DNA of 64,000 nucleotides, taken from assembly GCF_004010195.1 (NCBI RefSeq), contig NC_057719.1:78779623-78843622 (forward strand), given 5' to 3'. Below, piece by piece: positions 62,280 through 64,000 of this stretch. This DNA is from Chiloscyllium plagiosum. Its lineage: Eukaryota. Both the position numbers and the translations under genes were made by a program. The notes under the pieces are model-generated. The model did not search any database. It was not told the origin of the DNA and saw only the letters and a list, made by a program, of their open reading frames with translations. Within the stretch, counting starts at the first letter, position 1; every line of letters begins with the position of its first letter.

Positions 62280-63100
62280 GGAGTATTGTAGAACAGAGAC
62301 CTAGGGGTTCAGATACATAACTCTGATGTTTGTAGTTAAGAAGGCCTTCATTGCTCAGACCTTTTGAGTACAGGAGTTGGGAAGTCATGTTAAGGTTGTG
62401 CAGGACATTGGTGACACCTGTTCTGCAATACTATGTCCAATTCTGGTCACCCTCTTATAAGAAGATTGTTATTGAGCTGGAGAGGGTTCAGAAGAAATTT
62501 ACAGGATGTTGCCAAGAGTGGAGGGTTTGAGTTATAAGGAGAGGCTGGAGAGACTGGACCTTTTTCACTGGAACGTAGGAGGTTGAGGTTTATAGAGCTT
62601 ATAGAGGTTTATAAAATCATGAGAGGTATGGATAAGGTGAAAGGTAAGCATCTTTTCCCTACAGTGGGGGATTTCAAGATAGGAGGCATATTTTTAAAGT
62701 GAAAGGAAAGAAAGATCTTAAAAAGATATGGGGGAGTTTTCTTTTTTGTATGCAGAGTGGTTTGTGTGTGGAATAAACTTCCAGAGGGAATGGTGGATGC
62801 TGGTACAGTTACAATGTTTAAAAGACATTTCGACAAGTACATGAATAAGAAATGTTTGGAGAGATGTGGGCCAAGTCGAGAGTGTGGTGCTGGTCCTGAT
62901 AAAGGGCTCTTGCCCGAAACATTGATTCTGCTGCTCCTTGGATGCTACCTGACTGGCTGTGATTTTCCAGCACTATGTTCTCGACTCTGATCTCCAGCAC
63001 CTGCAGTCCTCACTTTCTCCAAGTGCAGGCAGGTGGGATTATGTTCGGCTTGGACTGATTGGACTGAAAAGTCTGTTTCTGTGCTGTATGACTTGATGAG
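62280..63100 (+). mobile_element. CR1/HER1-like 3' fragment interrupted by a PLE mini-element
   Basis: CR1 3' ORF2/UTR sequence; VCVWNKLPEGMVDAGT..FKRHFDKYM. Confidence 0.85.
62877..63018 (+). mobile_element. PLE-derived mini-element, family A, short inverted 5' arm, mutated hammerhead
   Basis: CTGATAAAGGGC(TCTT)GCCCGAAACATT from 62896; tail ...CTGCAGTCCTCACTTTCTCC; TSD CCAAGT. Confidence 0.82.
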
Positions 63101-63913
63101 TTTTCAGAGAATTTTCATCAGCAGAGTTGTCATTTATATCCAGTAGGGAAATTATTCCACTGGTGCTGTCTGACTGGGGAGATCAGGCTTTAAGTCAAAA
63201 AAAGTCAAGGTCCATGACTTGCTTGCCTTTCCACTAAAGACAACAATAACCATCTCCTGAGTAGAGCTAAGTATTGAATTCTTCAGCCAATGGGGAAAAA
63301 GAAATTGAGAAACATTTCAAGTTGCGTCACAAATTAGGCCATGAGGAATTACAAAAAAAATAAATTTTTAATAAAGTGCTGTAATCCGATTAGTTTTGTG
63401 ACTTTCGTTCTATTCCTAAGTGAGGGTAACATTCCCATGGGTCACAGACATCTAGTCCAGTCACCAATTGGTTACTATTCATGGGTGAGTCCTGAGAGCA
63501 GGCGAAACGAAATTATTCAACAACAGCAGCCATCACAACGTCTGAGCTGTGCGTCCACCCACAAACCTTTAGCACGTGACTGGCTAGTGATTGAGAACAC
63601 AAACGAAGGCTAAGTTTACTCATTGAATATTCTGTTGTTATGGTAGGGTACATACTCTTTATTGATCTTAGACCCTCTTACTGCTTGGTGTTGCTTCTGT
63701 CAGGGATTTTGTCAAGAAATCCACCTCAGCATTTCAGTTGGTGTCCCTGTTTCTATGGAGCTGTCAGTATGTCAGGCTGAATGAGCTCCCCTCCCCTGAT
63801 TATTTTTGCATCACTATTCCCTCTACCCCCCCACACACACACATTGCTGCACATTATTATGGTTTTCCGGTTGTGATTCTTTCTGCTTTGTTTTCGTTTT
63901 TCACCCATTCAAG

Positions 63914-63967
63914 CCTGAAAATGAGCAGGGTCGCAGAACCTCGCTGGAAAAATTCACTCGCAGTGTG
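63914..63967 (+). CDS. RGS6: RGS6 exon (PENEQGRRTSLEKFTRSV)
   Basis: ttcaag|CCTGAA...AGTGTG|gtaagt; 54 nt, phase 0 to 0; AAG acceptor; differs from human PESEQGRRTSLEKFTRSV at one residue as I recall it. Confidence 0.95.
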
Positions 63968-64000
63968 GTAAGTTTAAGAATTTCATGGCACTGTTGACGT

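Noticed and set aside
26230..63100. Targeting of PLE mini-elements to CR1 3' ends
   Set aside because: Several sit inside CR1, but CR1 covers much of the window and the target sequences differ; no evidence of specificity without statistics.
63480..63512. Hammerhead-like TGAGTCC...GAAAC
   Set aside because: No CTGANGA core in register and no proper stem II.
2874..63967. Calling the gene RGS7
   Set aside because: DHEX and C-terminal exon residues match RGS6; the RGS7-like residues are reported as a finding.

Overview
Vertebrate (elasmobranch/shark-like, inferred from HE1-type SINEs and HER1/CR1 LINEs) genomic DNA, not prokaryotic. The window lies inside one + strand gene, RGS6 (regulator of G-protein signalling 6). 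I can read 12 GT-AG exons (2874-63967) that join in frame into 360 codons covering the end of the DEP region, DHEX, GGL and RGS domains and the 18-aa PENEQGRRTSLEKFTRSV exon; the first and last exons lie outside the window. The introns are dominated by retroelements: CR1/HER1-like LINEs (two retain ORF1 zinc-finger/esterase and APE endonuclease remnants), tRNA-derived HE1/V-SINE copies, other SINEs and Penelope-like elements (PLEs). There is a 982-N assembly gap. Highlights: (1) about ten tiny PLE-derived, TSD-flanked, mostly fold-back insertions of at least three families, most carrying a minimal hammerhead-ribozyme core, one nested inside another with perfect 85-bp arms; (2) three layers of inverted repeats around the 187-nt RGS-domain exon, including a perfect 59-bp locally templated inverted copy; (3) several odd insertion/repair scars (84-bp duplication around a 43-nt SINE tail, a tail-less CR1 fragment with a 19-bp TSD, a minisatellite born inside a CR1 3' end). 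Repeat boundaries are approximate; family names come from recognition, not database searches.
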